The notes: a model not told the origin generated them from the letters alone. 47,325 nt of DNA from an uncultured Gammaproteobacteria bacterium (GCA_964558935.1 CAZLFP010000006.1:1-47325); one strand, 5' to 3'. Positions 32,057 through 41,684 are shown, counted from the first letter of the stretch. Made by a program: numbers and translations.

Positions 32057-32129
32057 TAGGCCAGGGTGGGATTGAACCACCGACCCCAACGTTATAAGCG
32101 TTGTGCTCTAACCCCTGAGCTACTGGCCC
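32057..32129 (-). tRNA. tRNA-Ile (anticodon UAU)
   Basis: Acceptor GGGCCAG/CTGGCCT (G1-U72), anticodon arm CAACG-CTTATAA-CGTTG, T arm GGTGG-TTCAATC-CCACC. Confidence 0.8.
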
Positions 32130-32140
32130 TTATAGAGAAG

Positions 32141-32169
32141 AGTATAGCATGGTTTGGGTAAAAAATCAA
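32141..32169 (-). promoter_or_regulatory. promoter of the tRNA Ile(UAU)-Val pair
   Basis: minus strand TTGATT -17 nt- (TGC)TATACT. Confidence 0.55.
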
Positions 32170-32171
32170 GG

Positions 32172-33308
32172 CTACATTTTACTCTTAATTTCTTCTACAA
32201 TCTGTTTTTGAGCTTCAATTAAGGAAATATTATGCAGAGTGAATTTAGCTGTTTCTTGACTGCCTTTGGCTTCAAATTTCTTAGCTAAGAATCTGGCATC
32301 ATGATTTTTAATCGAATAAACAATACTCTTAATGGCATTATCTCCATTATTTTTAACCTCGTAGTTTAAAATAACCACCTCAGCCCGTGGCAGAGAGACA
32401 ATTAATTCATCAATCACGTCATGAAGTTCAGCCGGAGTGGTTTGAGTGTCAATAAAATCTTGTAAAGATATGTTGGACCAGACCAGTCTATCTTCCAGAC
32501 TGCTGCTTAATCTGGTTAAGACCTGACCCCATAATTTTAAAGTTGAAACATATCTGTTCTGGTAGATGTGTCGAATGATTTTTTCTCTGTCTGCTCCTTG
32601 GTCAATTAGATGACTGGCAGTTTCCAAAGTTTTGGATTTAATGTTATGGCTTTTAAAGTTTTTGGTGGCGCAGATTAATCCGGTTAAAAGATTGGTGGCC
32701 ATGTTATTGGTTATCTTGTCAGGAATCAGTTTTTTAATCAGAGCATAGACTATTTCTGACGTGGAGGCTGAGGTTAATTGGATTAAATTAATTTCTGCGT
32801 ACTGTTCATTCTGAGCAGAGCTGTCCAGATTAATAATCGGTCTGGCAGCAAAGAAGTCCAGGTTGTTTGAGTAAATGTGACCTAAAGATTCCAGATCTTG
32901 AGTGTCCAAGGTAATAATTAAGTCATATTTATACCGGCTTAATTCCGTATGGATTTTTTTTAGCTCAAAGTTGGAGTGCTTGGGATCCAAATGTATTTTA
33001 AGCCGATCCTCAGTTTTCTCGTAATAAATTTCAGAAATGGGATTTTCTTTGGTATTGATGCTTAAAGTCACTTTTTGTAAATTAGTCAATTCCGGTTTGA
33101 CTTCTTGTACGTCTAAAAATTCCAATTTCTGGCACAGCTTAAAATCTGAACAAACCAGATCTACCTGTTTGTGCATTTTTTCCAAGGCCTGTTTTAAAGC
33201 TAGGCCACTGCCCAGGGCATCGCCGGTGTAATCTTGTTTAAAGACGATTAAAACAGACTTATTTTTTTGTATTAAGTCAATAATTTGTTGCTGGATTGTC
33301 AGTGCCAT
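32172..33308 (-). CDS. DHH-family-like protein with degenerate catalytic motifs
   Basis: DYTGDALGS in place of DxDGD, NLDSSAQ in place of DHH, AKGSQETAKF in place of GGGH. Confidence 0.65.
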   Translation of the reverse strand: MALTIQQQIIDLIQKNKSVLIVFKQDYTGDALGSGLALKQALEKMHKQVDLVCSDFKLCQKLEFLDVQEVKPELTNLQKVTLSINTKENPISEIYYEKTEDRLKIHLDPKHSNFELKKIHTELSRYKYDLIITLDTQDLESLGHIYSNNLDFFAARPIINLDSSAQNEQYAEINLIQLTSASTSEIVYALIKKLIPDKITNNMATNLLTGLICATKNFKSHNIKSKTLETASHLIDQGADREKIIRHIYQNRYVSTLKLWGQVLTRLSSSLEDRLVWSNISLQDFIDTQTTPAELHDVIDELIVSLPRAEVVILNYEVKNNGDNAIKSIVYSIKNHDARFLAKKFEAKGSQETAKFTLHNISLIEAQKQIVEEIKSKM

Positions 33309-33426
33309 AAAAGCTATGTGCTTAATTGGTTAATATTAAAGCAAAAACCTGAGAATGTCAATTTAGCTTGAAAAATAGCTAAAAATTAAGTAAGATACTA
33401 GTATTATATAGTTAACTTCTAAATAG

Positions 33427-36054
33427 ATGGCTAAATTGGATTTACCCAAAGCCTATGAGGCTAAGGGTGTCGAGGACAATATTTATCTGGCCTGGGAAAA
33501 AGCCGGCTTATTTAACCCGGATAATTTGTCTGAAGCTCAAAAACCGTTTGTTATTTCCATGCCTCCACCTAATGCCACCGGTATTTTACATACCGGTCAT
33601 GCCACCATGCTGGCCATCCAGGATCTAATGGTTCGTTACCACAGAATGAAAGGAGACAAAGCTCTATGGGTGCCGGGTACGGATCATGCTTCCATTGCCA
33701 CTCAGACTAAAGTGGAAAAGATTATTGCTAAAGAAGGTACCAACCGCCATGAATTGGGTAGAGAAAAATTTTTAGATAGAGTAGATAAATTTGTGGAAGA
33801 GTCCAGGAATACCATTAAGACTCAGGTTAGGAAAATGGGTTCTTCTTGCGATTGGTCCAGAGAGAGGTTTACACTTGATCAGGGCTTGTCTGAGGCTGTC
33901 CAGGCCGCTTTTATTAAAATGTATGAGGATGGGTTAATCTACCGCGGAGACAGAGTGGTTAACTGGTGTCCGAGATGTCATTCTACTTTGGCAGATGATG
34001 AGATTGAATATGTGGATCAGCAAGCTAAATTCTATACTTTTAAATATTCTAAGGATTTTCCTTTTAGCATTGCGACCACTCGTCCGGAGACCAAGATCGG
34101 AGATACGGCAGTAGCGGTTCATCCTTCTGACGACCGGTATAAAGAATATATTGGCCAGACTTTTGAGGTAGAGTTTGTGGGTGTTCCTCTTAAGATTAAA
34201 GTGATTGCCGATCATAATGTGGATCCGGAATTTGGAACCGGAGCTTTAGGTGTGACTCCCGCTCATTCTCATGTTGACTACCAGATGGCGATTGAAAACG
34301 ATTTGGAGATTGTTAAGGTGATTGACGAAGACGGCAAGATCCATGACGGTTTTGGCCAGTATTCCGGTAAGAGTGTGGAAGAAGCCAGAGACATGATTGT
34401 AGCTGAGCTTAAAAAACAAGGACTTTTGGAGAAGGAAGAAGACATGGAGAATAAGTTGTCTGTTTGCTATCGTTGTGATGCTCCCATTGAACCTTTGCCT
34501 TCCAAGCAGTGGTTTGTAGCGGTAGATAAGAAGTTTAAGTTGCAAGCTAAACAGAAATTAAACTGGGATAAAGATGAAGCCAGTCTTAAGGAACTATCTT
34601 TGCATGTAGTTAAATCCGGTTTAATTAAAATAGTGCCGGAACGTTTTGAAAAAACTTATTACCATTGGATGGAGAATTTGCACGATTGGTGCATTTCCCG
34701 TCAGATTTGGTATGGTCATCGAATTCCGGTTTGGTACAAGCAAGATGATAGGGAAGATATTGTAGTCGGTAAAGATAAGCCGGAAGGTAATTATGTTCAA
34801 GATGAAGATACCCTAGACACTTGGTTTTCTTCTGCTTTGTGGACTTTTTCCACTTTAGGCTGGCCTGAGAAAACCAAAGATTTGGAACTGTATCATCCGA
34901 CTCAGGTGATGGAAACCGGTTATGACATTCTGTTCTTCTGGGTAGCCCGTATGATTATTATGACCACCTATTGTTTGAATGAAATTCCGTTTGAAACCGT
35001 ATATTTGCATGGCTTGGTTCGGGATGAAAAAGGCGTTAAGATGAGTAAGTCTTTGGATAATGCTTTAGATCCTTTGGATGAGATAGACAAATACGGCACA
35101 GATGCTTTAAGGCTGTCCATGTTAATTGGAGTAACTCCCGGTAATGATTTTAAATTGTTTGACCAGAAAATTGCTGCCTACCGTAACTTTGTCAATAAGC
35201 TATGGAATATTTCCAGATATGTTTTAACTTCGGTTGAAGAGGTTAAATTAATGGAAAAAGAACCGGCAGGCAAGACTCTGGCAGATAAATGGATCTTGTC
35301 CAGATTAAATACCACTATCGCAGAAGTCAACAAGCAGATGGATGAGTACCAGTTTTCTGCTGCCGGTGAAAGTTTGCAGCAGTTTACTTGGAATGAATTG
35401 GCGGACTGGTATTTGGAAATTGCTAAAGTTGAAGGAGATAAGGATGAGATCTTGCTTTACATTTTGCAAGTTGTTTTGAAACTCTGGCATCCGTTCTGTC
35501 CGTTTGTGACTGAAGAATTATGGAAAAACTGTAAGGCAGATAAAATGCTCATTGTTTCATCATGGCCTCAAGCTGGAGAAAAAGATGAGATTGCAGAGAA
35601 GGACTTGGAAGTTGTTAAGGAAGTCATTACTGGCATTCGGTCTTTAAGAAGTGAAAACAGAATTGAACCGGTTAAGCTGGTTAAGGTTCTGGTGGTTAAC
35701 AAGAAGCCTGAGATAATAGATAATCAGGTGGAGATTATTCAGAAACTGGCTCGTTGTGAAAAGATTGAAGTTAAAGAAGTTTCAGACAAACCGGAGAATA
35801 GCTTGGAAACTCAAATCGGAGAGACCAAGATATATTTAGATCGTTCTGGTATAATAGACACAGATAAAGAAAGAAGCAGATTAAACAAAGAAATTAAAGA
35901 GGTAACTGGTTATATTCAGACCATTACTTCTAAATTAGAAGGTGAGTTTTCTCAGAATGCTCCGGAAAAAGTTATTGCCAATGAAAAAGACAAACTGGAA
36001 GCTCAAAAAGACAAGCTTCAAAAGTTGGAAGAACAATTAAGTAATCTCAAATAA
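33427..36054 (+). CDS. valS: valine--tRNA ligase
   Basis: PPPNATGILHTGHA (HIGH), KMSKS, C-terminal coiled coil. Confidence 0.95.
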   Translation: MAKLDLPKAYEAKGVEDNIYLAWEKAGLFNPDNLSEAQKPFVISMPPPNATGILHTGHATMLAIQDLMVRYHRMKGDKALWVPGTDHASIATQTKVEKIIAKEGTNRHELGREKFLDRVDKFVEESRNTIKTQVRKMGSSCDWSRERFTLDQGLSEAVQAAFIKMYEDGLIYRGDRVVNWCPRCHSTLADDEIEYVDQQAKFYTFKYSKDFPFSIATTRPETKIGDTAVAVHPSDDRYKEYIGQTFEVEFVGVPLKIKVIADHNVDPEFGTGALGVTPAHSHVDYQMAIENDLEIVKVIDEDGKIHDGFGQYSGKSVEEARDMIVAELKKQGLLEKEEDMENKLSVCYRCDAPIEPLPSKQWFVAVDKKFKLQAKQKLNWDKDEASLKELSLHVVKSGLIKIVPERFEKTYYHWMENLHDWCISRQIWYGHRIPVWYKQDDREDIVVGKDKPEGNYVQDEDTLDTWFSSALWTFSTLGWPEKTKDLELYHPTQVMETGYDILFFWVARMIIMTTYCLNEIPFETVYLHGLVRDEKGVKMSKSLDNALDPLDEIDKYGTDALRLSMLIGVTPGNDFKLFDQKIAAYRNFVNKLWNISRYVLTSVEEVKLMEKEPAGKTLADKWILSRLNTTIAEVNKQMDEYQFSAAGESLQQFTWNELADWYLEIAKVEGDKDEILLYILQVVLKLWHPFCPFVTEELWKNCKADKMLIVSSWPQAGEKDEIAEKDLEVVKEVITGIRSLRSENRIEPVKLVKVLVVNKKPEIIDNQVEIIQKLARCEKIEVKEVSDKPENSLETQIGETKIYLDRSGIIDTDKERSRLNKEIKEVTGYIQTITSKLEGEFSQNAPEKVIANEKDKLEAQKDKLQKLEEQLSNLK

Positions 36055-37260
36055 ATGTCAAAAGTAATCACTGACAAAAAAAAGATCAATGATCTTTTAA
36101 CTCGGGGAGTGGAAAATATTTATCCGGATCAAAAGAAATTGGAAGAATTGTTGTTATCCGGCAAACAACTTAGATTGTACTGCGGTTATGATCCAACCGC
36201 TTCTTCTTTGCATATCGGCCATGGCATTACCATCCGCAAACTGGCCAAGTTTTTGGAATTGGGCCATCATGTGATGTTTCTGTTTGGAGATTTTACCGGT
36301 ACGATTGGAGATCCGACAGATAAATCTGCCACCAGAAAACCTTTAACACTCGAACAAGTTAAAGACAACTTAAAAGGTTGGAAAAAGCAGATTCAGAATA
36401 TCATTGATATACATAAGGTGGACTTTCAGTTTAATTCCCGATGGTTAAAGAAGTTGTCATTAGCGGATGCCGTAAATATTTCATCTCACTTTACGGTTCA
36501 ACAAATGTTGGACAGGGATATGTTTGACAAAAGATTAAAAGAAGGCAAACCAATTCATCTGCATGAATTCTTTTATCCTCTGTTGCAAGCCTATGACTCC
36601 GTGGCTATGGATGTGGATTTGGAAATCGGTGGTAATGACCAAACTTTTAACATGTTGGCTGGCAGAACTTTAATGAAAGCGGTTAAGAGTAAAGAAAAGA
36701 TGGTTTTAACCACTAAATTATTGGAAGATCCGACCGGTAAAAAAATGGGCAAGTCTGAAGGTAATATGATTAGATTGGACGATAGGCCTGAAGATATGTT
36801 TGGTAAGGTCATGTCATGGCCGGATGAAATGATTGTTCCAGCTTTTGAGATTCTAACCGACATTGAAATGGATCAGGTTGATGAGTATGCCAAGCAGATG
36901 AAAGATTCCAAATTTAATCCTCGAGATCTTAAAGTCGCATTGGCCCATGCGGTGGTGTCCACTTTCTTGGGAGAAACTCAGGCAGATTTGGCTCAACATG
37001 ATTTTGAAAGAGTTTTTGTGGAAAAGAAACAACCTTCAGACATGCCGGAAGTGACTGTAGGGGAAGATATGATGGGAGTTTTGGATCTGTTTGTATTTAC
37101 CAATTTGGCTCCCAGCAATTCTCAGGTCAGAAGACTGATTAAAGAAGGAGCAATTAAAATTAATGATCAAAAAGTGACCAATCCGGAGTTGGAAGTTAAG
37201 ATTGAAGACGGTATGATTTTGCAAAAGGGCAAGAAGAATTTTGTTAAGATCAAGATATAG
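36055..37260 (+). CDS. tyrS: tyrosine--tRNA ligase
   Basis: LHIGHG (HIGH), KMGKS, C-terminal S4 domain. Confidence 0.9.
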   Translation: MSKVITDKKKINDLLTRGVENIYPDQKKLEELLLSGKQLRLYCGYDPTASSLHIGHGITIRKLAKFLELGHHVMFLFGDFTGTIGDPTDKSATRKPLTLEQVKDNLKGWKKQIQNIIDIHKVDFQFNSRWLKKLSLADAVNISSHFTVQQMLDRDMFDKRLKEGKPIHLHEFFYPLLQAYDSVAMDVDLEIGGNDQTFNMLAGRTLMKAVKSKEKMVLTTKLLEDPTGKKMGKSEGNMIRLDDRPEDMFGKVMSWPDEMIVPAFEILTDIEMDQVDEYAKQMKDSKFNPRDLKVALAHAVVSTFLGETQADLAQHDFERVFVEKKQPSDMPEVTVGEDMMGVLDLFVFTNLAPSNSQVRRLIKEGAIKINDQKVTNPELEVKIEDGMILQKGKKNFVKIKI

Positions 37261-37273
37261 GTAGACATATAAT

Positions 37274-37298
37274 AAACACGGTTTTAGGACCGTGTTTT
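37274..37298. terminator. bidirectional terminator
   Basis: AACACGGT-TTTAGG-ACCGTGTT then TT. Confidence 0.6.
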
Positions 37299-37760
37299 AA
37301 GATTCAATTTTTCTTTTAAATCCTTTAACCTGGCATAAAAGCCTTTGGAATGAATGGATCTTAATCTTAAAGCCTGGGTATCATAATGATGCAGCCATTC
37401 ATGCAGAAGAGTATCCAAAAAAGTTTTAGGAGCCAAAATTTGTCCTCTGACCGCGGTTCGGTTGGTAATGTAAATATATTTGGAACCGGTTTGGTAGTAG
37501 CCGTACTGCCTTAAAACCACCCTGTTGTTTCTTTTTCTGTGGTATTGCTTGGCATCTGCAATTGTCAGCTGGATAATATCTATTTGAGCCAAATCAGACA
37601 ATTCATCCAATAATTGTTCTCCCAGAACTTGCCGGTCTTCAGCTTCCAAACAGATTAAAAGTTGGTTGGCTAAATGGCAGGCATGTTTAGACACTGGAAA
37701 TCTGACCCTGGTGAGGCGGTTGCTGCGGTAGTAGTTGAATTGCGAGATTAACTGTCTCAT
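37284..37760 (-). CDS. putative zinc metallopeptidase (HExxH; SprT/YgjP-like)
   Basis: LLHEWLHH motif near the C-terminus. Confidence 0.45.
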   Translation of the reverse strand: MRQLISQFNYYRSNRLTRVRFPVSKHACHLANQLLICLEAEDRQVLGEQLLDELSDLAQIDIIQLTIADAKQYHRKRNNRVVLRQYGYYQTGSKYIYITNRTAVRGQILAPKTFLDTLLHEWLHHYDTQALRLRSIHSKGFYARLKDLKEKLNLKTRS

Positions 37761-37788
37761 TGACGAGGTGTATGTTTAGTGCTAGAAT
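37760..37788 (+). promoter_or_regulatory. candidate promoter
   Basis: TTGACG -17 nt- TAGAAT. Confidence 0.4.
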
Positions 37789-37820
37789 TGGATCTAGGTT
37801 CAACCAGCGGGAGGTAAGCT

Positions 37821-37985
37821 ATGACTTTACAGCATCTGTACATTGGCATGCTATTTTTGGCGGTTATATTTGAGAACGTGGGCGACGATTACCCCACAGT
37901 CAAGCGTCCTTTTCATATAATTGCTTTGACGCTACTTTTTTCTTCCTTGGCGGTCATCTTACTTCATGGCTTGTTTCAAACCTAA
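37821..37985 (+). CDS. small two-helix membrane protein (54 aa, below ORF-track cutoff)
   Basis: RBS GGGAGG 6 nt before ATG; MTLQHLYIGMLFLAVIF...ALTLLFSSLAVILLHGLFQT; terminator follows immediately. Confidence 0.5.
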   Translation: MTLQHLYIGMLFLAVIFENVGDDYPTVKRPFHIIALTLLFSSLAVILLHGLFQT

Positions 37986-38009
37986 AACGCAACATCGTGT
38001 TGCGTTTTT
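37986..38009. terminator. bidirectional terminator
   Basis: AACGCAACA-TCG-TGTTGCGTT then TTT. Confidence 0.7.
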
Positions 38010-38010
38010 C

Positions 38011-39600
38011 TTATTCCACAATTTCGTCTCTTTTGTCATGTATGAAAGAGAGAGTGCTGTCGAAAAATTCAACCAACATCTTAAAGGGTGTTTCAATTAT
38101 AACATCCATGATAAATAAAAGCACATTGACGCGGGAGAAGTTGGTTGAGATTAATCTGCCCACTCGGATAATCGGTAGGGAGAAGAAATCGAAGATGAAA
38201 TTAGTCAGATTGTCCTTTCTGGGCATAACACTGTACTGTTTGGCTAAAGATCTCAATCTAAAGCCAAAGAAGCTGACCAAGGTTAAAAAGAAAATAAACA
38301 AAAAGCCACTTAAAATATTAAAGTCCAGTATGTTTAAAGCGTAAATGATCAGACCAAAGGATAGAGTAAACATGATAACATACACTACGTTTAAAGCTAA
38401 AAAACTGACTGAATTTCTTTTCATGGTTTTTTTGGCTTTGAAAATAATTTTTCTGTCCTGTCCGTAGATTATTTTCTTGATCTCGTTAACAATAGTCTGA
38501 GTATTCTTAATACCCGGCACGCGTATTGTCATGGCTATGAAAAACATGAGAATGGGATGAAACACCACGTTTATGGCTAATGCTTTCCAATAAATATGGT
38601 TTAAGACAAACCAATCAAAGGGTAGTTCTATGGCAAAAGCCAAAATGGTTTTGGTGAAAAAAATATATACGATGACTCTTAAAATCGTGCCAATCAACTT
38701 GCTCTGGGTGACTTGGTAATTGTGGACTGCCAAATCTTCGATTTTTTCTTCCAAAGTTTCCTCATTGGTCATTATTTGTTCGATTTGTGCTTGGTTCGTT
38801 TCCACCAATTGTCTTAAAACTAGAAAGAACACGGATTGTGGTTTAACGGTGCGGGTTAGCTGGAAGTTGAGAGGATGCTTCAAGTTTATTTCAATCTTGT
38901 TTTTGACAATATTGATGCTGCGACAGAAAGGTCGAATAGTGTCTTTTGTCAGTTCAGTCCAATTGGGCACATACAGATTTAACAGTTTGTAAGTTAAGGT
39001 GACACTGTCTGCTCTGTCTAGGGTTTTTAAAGTTGAGATGTAGATCTGTAAATTTTTATCTTTGTCAGTCACATCTGTCTTTACAAAACTTAAATGATCC
39101 ACCAGGTGAGAGTACATTAGATTGACGATAGCTGTATCTTTGTCAGAGCCAAATAACATGTCATTAATTTCACAAGATGCCAAATCCAGCACCCATTCAC
39201 TTAGTTTGTTGGCTTTGGGTAATTTGTTGACTTGCAGGTGGTGAATAATGGCTAAATACTTGTCTACAACCTGAGCCAGTTGGTCAATGATGGTTTCTGG
39301 CAGGGTGTTGTTGGGCAGATAGCCGGCTCGAATGAATTCATATATTAAAGCCTTACTGATTTTATGGGCTCGTTTTTCTTGTAACAGGATAATCTGTCTT
39401 TTCAGTAGTCTTTTTAAAGAATTGCGGGTAATGAGATGTTCCTCATTATAGTCCATGACATTCCTGATTTTTTCATAAAAAAAACCGAGCCGAGATGCCA
39501 GATGGCTCAGTTTGATTTTCTCGGCTTCCGGATCATGAAAGGTCTTGTCTGGCTGTTTAAAAACATTAATCAGCCATTGGATTTGTGAGTTGATTTTCAT
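38011..39600 (-). CDS. hypothetical multi-pass membrane protein (529 aa)
   Basis: about 330-aa soluble N-terminal region plus 4-5 C-terminal TM helices; backbone GC. Confidence 0.7.
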   Translation of the reverse strand: MKINSQIQWLINVFKQPDKTFHDPEAEKIKLSHLASRLGFFYEKIRNVMDYNEEHLITRNSLKRLLKRQIILLQEKRAHKISKALIYEFIRAGYLPNNTLPETIIDQLAQVVDKYLAIIHHLQVNKLPKANKLSEWVLDLASCEINDMLFGSDKDTAIVNLMYSHLVDHLSFVKTDVTDKDKNLQIYISTLKTLDRADSVTLTYKLLNLYVPNWTELTKDTIRPFCRSINIVKNKIEINLKHPLNFQLTRTVKPQSVFFLVLRQLVETNQAQIEQIMTNEETLEEKIEDLAVHNYQVTQSKLIGTILRVIVYIFFTKTILAFAIELPFDWFVLNHIYWKALAINVVFHPILMFFIAMTIRVPGIKNTQTIVNEIKKIIYGQDRKIIFKAKKTMKRNSVSFLALNVVYVIMFTLSFGLIIYALNILDFNILSGFLFIFFLTLVSFFGFRLRSLAKQYSVMPRKDNLTNFIFDFFSLPIIRVGRLISTNFSRVNVLLFIMDVIIETPFKMLVEFFDSTLSFIHDKRDEIVE

Positions 39601-39721
39601 ACTTAAACGACTTTATTCTAGCAGAATTTGGGTTTTTTGTAAAGGGTTTGACTCTTTGTTTGTGATTAGGTTTAATAAAGTCAGTGGCTTGTTGTTGAGA
39701 CTGTTAACGTAGGAGGAAAGA

Positions 39722-39904
39722 ATGTTTATTTACAACGTTGGCGCTATTGATCCACCTGAAGAACCCACTGATTCTGACGATGAATCACAGCAGGTGGTTT
39801 GCAACTATTGCAATCGGCGACTGGCTAGAAGCCAGGCTTGTTGCATCAATGGTCACTTCTTTCATTTTGAGTGTGCCGCTGCATCCATAGAGGGTTGTGA
39901 CTAA
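39722..39904 (+). CDS. small Cys/His-rich protein (60 aa)
   Basis: RBS TAGGAGG; CNYC-x8-CC-x3-H-x2-H-x-EC; higher GC. Confidence 0.5.
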   Translation: MFIYNVGAIDPPEEPTDSDDESQQVVCNYCNRRLARSQACCINGHFFHFECAAASIEGCD

Positions 39905-39914
39905 TTTCACTTAA

Positions 39915-39946
39915 CAGGCAATAGTCAAGTTGCCTGTTTTCTTTTT
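39915..39946 (+). terminator. intrinsic terminator
   Basis: CAGGCAA-8 nt-TTGCCTG then TTTTCTTTTT. Confidence 0.6.
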
Positions 39947-39988
39947 AAAATATGGTGTATAATTAAGGCGTTACTCATAATAGATCGT

Positions 39989-40234
39989 ATGGCAACTAAA
40001 AAAACCACAGCTAAGAAGGCTAGCTCTTCCGCCAAGTGCTGCACCGAAGATAAGATGCAAGAGGTTAAAAAGGTAGCGGATGAATTAATGGCTAAGATGA
40101 AGGAGGCCAAGAAAAAGTTTAACCAGATGGACCAGGCAACTCGTAAGAAAATCATTGCTGGCGCTGCTGGTGTTGTAGCGTTGTTGGCTGGTATTAAAAT
40201 GGCAAGAGGTATGAAAAAGAAGAAAAAGAAATAG
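39989..40234 (+). CDS. Lys-rich protein with C-terminal hydrophobic helix
   Basis: Preferred over the antisense ORF 39925..40275 because it sits between an extended -10 box (TGTATAAT) and a terminator. Confidence 0.5.
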   Translation: MATKKTTAKKASSSAKCCTEDKMQEVKKVADELMAKMKEAKKKFNQMDQATRKKIIAGAAGVVALLAGIKMARGMKKKKKK

Positions 40235-40283
40235 CAGGCATAAAAAATGACCTTGTTCCGGAGGGATGAGGTCATTTTTTTGT

Positions 40284-40931
40284 TTAGTTATCCGGTGCCA
40301 GGATTATGACATTGCCGGCCGGGTATTGGTTAAGATCGGGAATGGTTTCAATCTTAGCTTCCCAGAGTCCCATGGAAATTCCTCTTTGAAAAGTATCCCA
40401 ATTTAAAATGGCATGCCGGTAATTATTCTTATCCAAGGCATAAACATCGTTTTTGCCGGCTTGTTTAATCAGTTTCATAGTCTCTAATGAGTTATTTAAT
40501 AATTTTTCATAGAAATCACTTGGTATATTATGACCCGGACATGATTTGTAAGTGGCATAGTCACGATGGAATTTCAAGTTTTCAAAAGGAATATTGTGCT
40601 TGATGCTTAAATCTTCGATGAGATTCTTTAAAGAATTCAATTGAGCCTGAGATGGTTCCTGAGTGTCAAAATTACCGGTTAAACAAATACCAATGCTGTC
40701 ATAATTCTTGTTTTGTTGAGTGGTGTGAGCGCCCGGTTCCCAATCTGCTCGGCCTTGGTAGACTCTGCCGTCAGCGGTAATGAAATACTGGTAGCCGATA
40801 TAATAACCCAAAGCTGATTTAAAATTCCAGAGCTGTTTATGGTAATTGTTTACCGCTTCAAAAGTGGTGGTGTCTCTGTCTGTTAAAGTGTGATGGAGTA
40901 CAATGTAATTTTTTTGGTATTGGGTAGGCAT
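40284..40931 (-). CDS. N-acetylmuramoyl-L-alanine amidase (amidase_2/PGRP fold)
   Basis: IVLHHT..., GYQYFI..DG.VYQGR, GAHT, SIGICLTGNF, CPG. Confidence 0.8.
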   Translation of the reverse strand: MPTQYQKNYIVLHHTLTDRDTTTFEAVNNYHKQLWNFKSALGYYIGYQYFITADGRVYQGRADWEPGAHTTQQNKNYDSIGICLTGNFDTQEPSQAQLNSLKNLIEDLSIKHNIPFENLKFHRDYATYKSCPGHNIPSDFYEKLLNNSLETMKLIKQAGKNDVYALDKNNYRHAILNWDTFQRGISMGLWEAKIETIPDLNQYPAGNVIILAPDN

Positions 40932-40999
40932 ATTTGACGGCTATTTCTTAATTTGTTAAAACTATATTAATCTATATTAACTCAAATTAGCCAATTCAC

Positions 41000-41215
41000 A
41001 TGCAAATGTCAAATAACCCAGAAGAGTTTTCCGTGATTTTCAAAGGCAGTGGTTTAAAAGAATTGGAAGAAATCGCCAAGATGTATGGCACTTCCAAGGG
41101 AGAAATTATTGTCAAAGCCATTAAATTGCTTAAGTTGACCAAAGTGAAAGGTCAGGGTCAAGCTTTCCTTAAGGAGTCCAACCGAGAAATTTCCATAGAT
41201 ACGGATAGGTTTTAA
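41000..41215 (+). CDS. small protein, possible ribbon-helix-helix
   Basis: LEEIAKMYGTSKGEIIVKAIKLL resembles a CopG/RHH helix pair (weak). Confidence 0.4.
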   Translation: MQMSNNPEEFSVIFKGSGLKELEEIAKMYGTSKGEIIVKAIKLLKLTKVKGQGQAFLKESNREISIDTDRF

Positions 41216-41219
41216 TCAT

Positions 41220-41588
41220 ATGACTTTAAAAATGGATTTAACCAAACATATTTATGACGGTGAACCGGATCAGGTTCCAGAGCCGGATTATGATGAAACC
41301 ACTGAAGAAACAACTGAGGAATACATTATAGATTCTCAGCTTGAACCGGAAGAAAATATCAGTCAAATTCCGGGCGTGGCCATTAAAAGAGAAAATGCTC
41401 GTTCTCAGATAGCTTATCTGTACGTAGCTTCTTTTTTAGCCATAATCGTTTTAATATTCTTTTATGCATATTTTAAAAGTTCTCAGGTTAATGATTTAAA
41501 AGATCTGTTGGTGACGGTTTCCGGTATTTTGTCCGGTCCTTTGGGTTTCATAATTGGCTATTATTTTAAGGTTGAGGATGAGAAATAG
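41220..41588 (+). CDS. membrane protein with acidic N-terminus and 2 TM helices
   Basis: starts 4 nt after the preceding stop; two hydrophobic helices. Confidence 0.55.
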   Translation: MTLKMDLTKHIYDGEPDQVPEPDYDETTEETTEEYIIDSQLEPEENISQIPGVAIKRENARSQIAYLYVASFLAIIVLIFFYAYFKSSQVNDLKDLLVTVSGILSGPLGFIIGYYFKVEDEK

Positions 41589-41606
41589 GTAAGTGTTTAT
41601 ATCTAA

Positions 41607-41631
41607 TAACACGGTTAAAAACCGTGTTTTT
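41607..41631 (+). terminator. intrinsic terminator
   Basis: AACACGG-TTAAAAA-CCGTGTT then TTTT. Confidence 0.65.
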
Positions 41632-41684
41632 TGTTATATTAAGCTATTTTTTAGCTTATTTAAGATAATAAATGTCAGTAAGTA

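Noticed and set aside
33309-33426. T-box or other riboswitch leader in front of valS-tyrS
   Set aside because: The predicted UTR is only about 30 nt. No specifier, T-box sequence or terminator was seen.
37997-38344. 115-aa plus-strand ORF
   Set aside because: It lies antisense within the 529-aa membrane protein gene. It is Lys-rich and low-complexity, and it starts inside a terminator.
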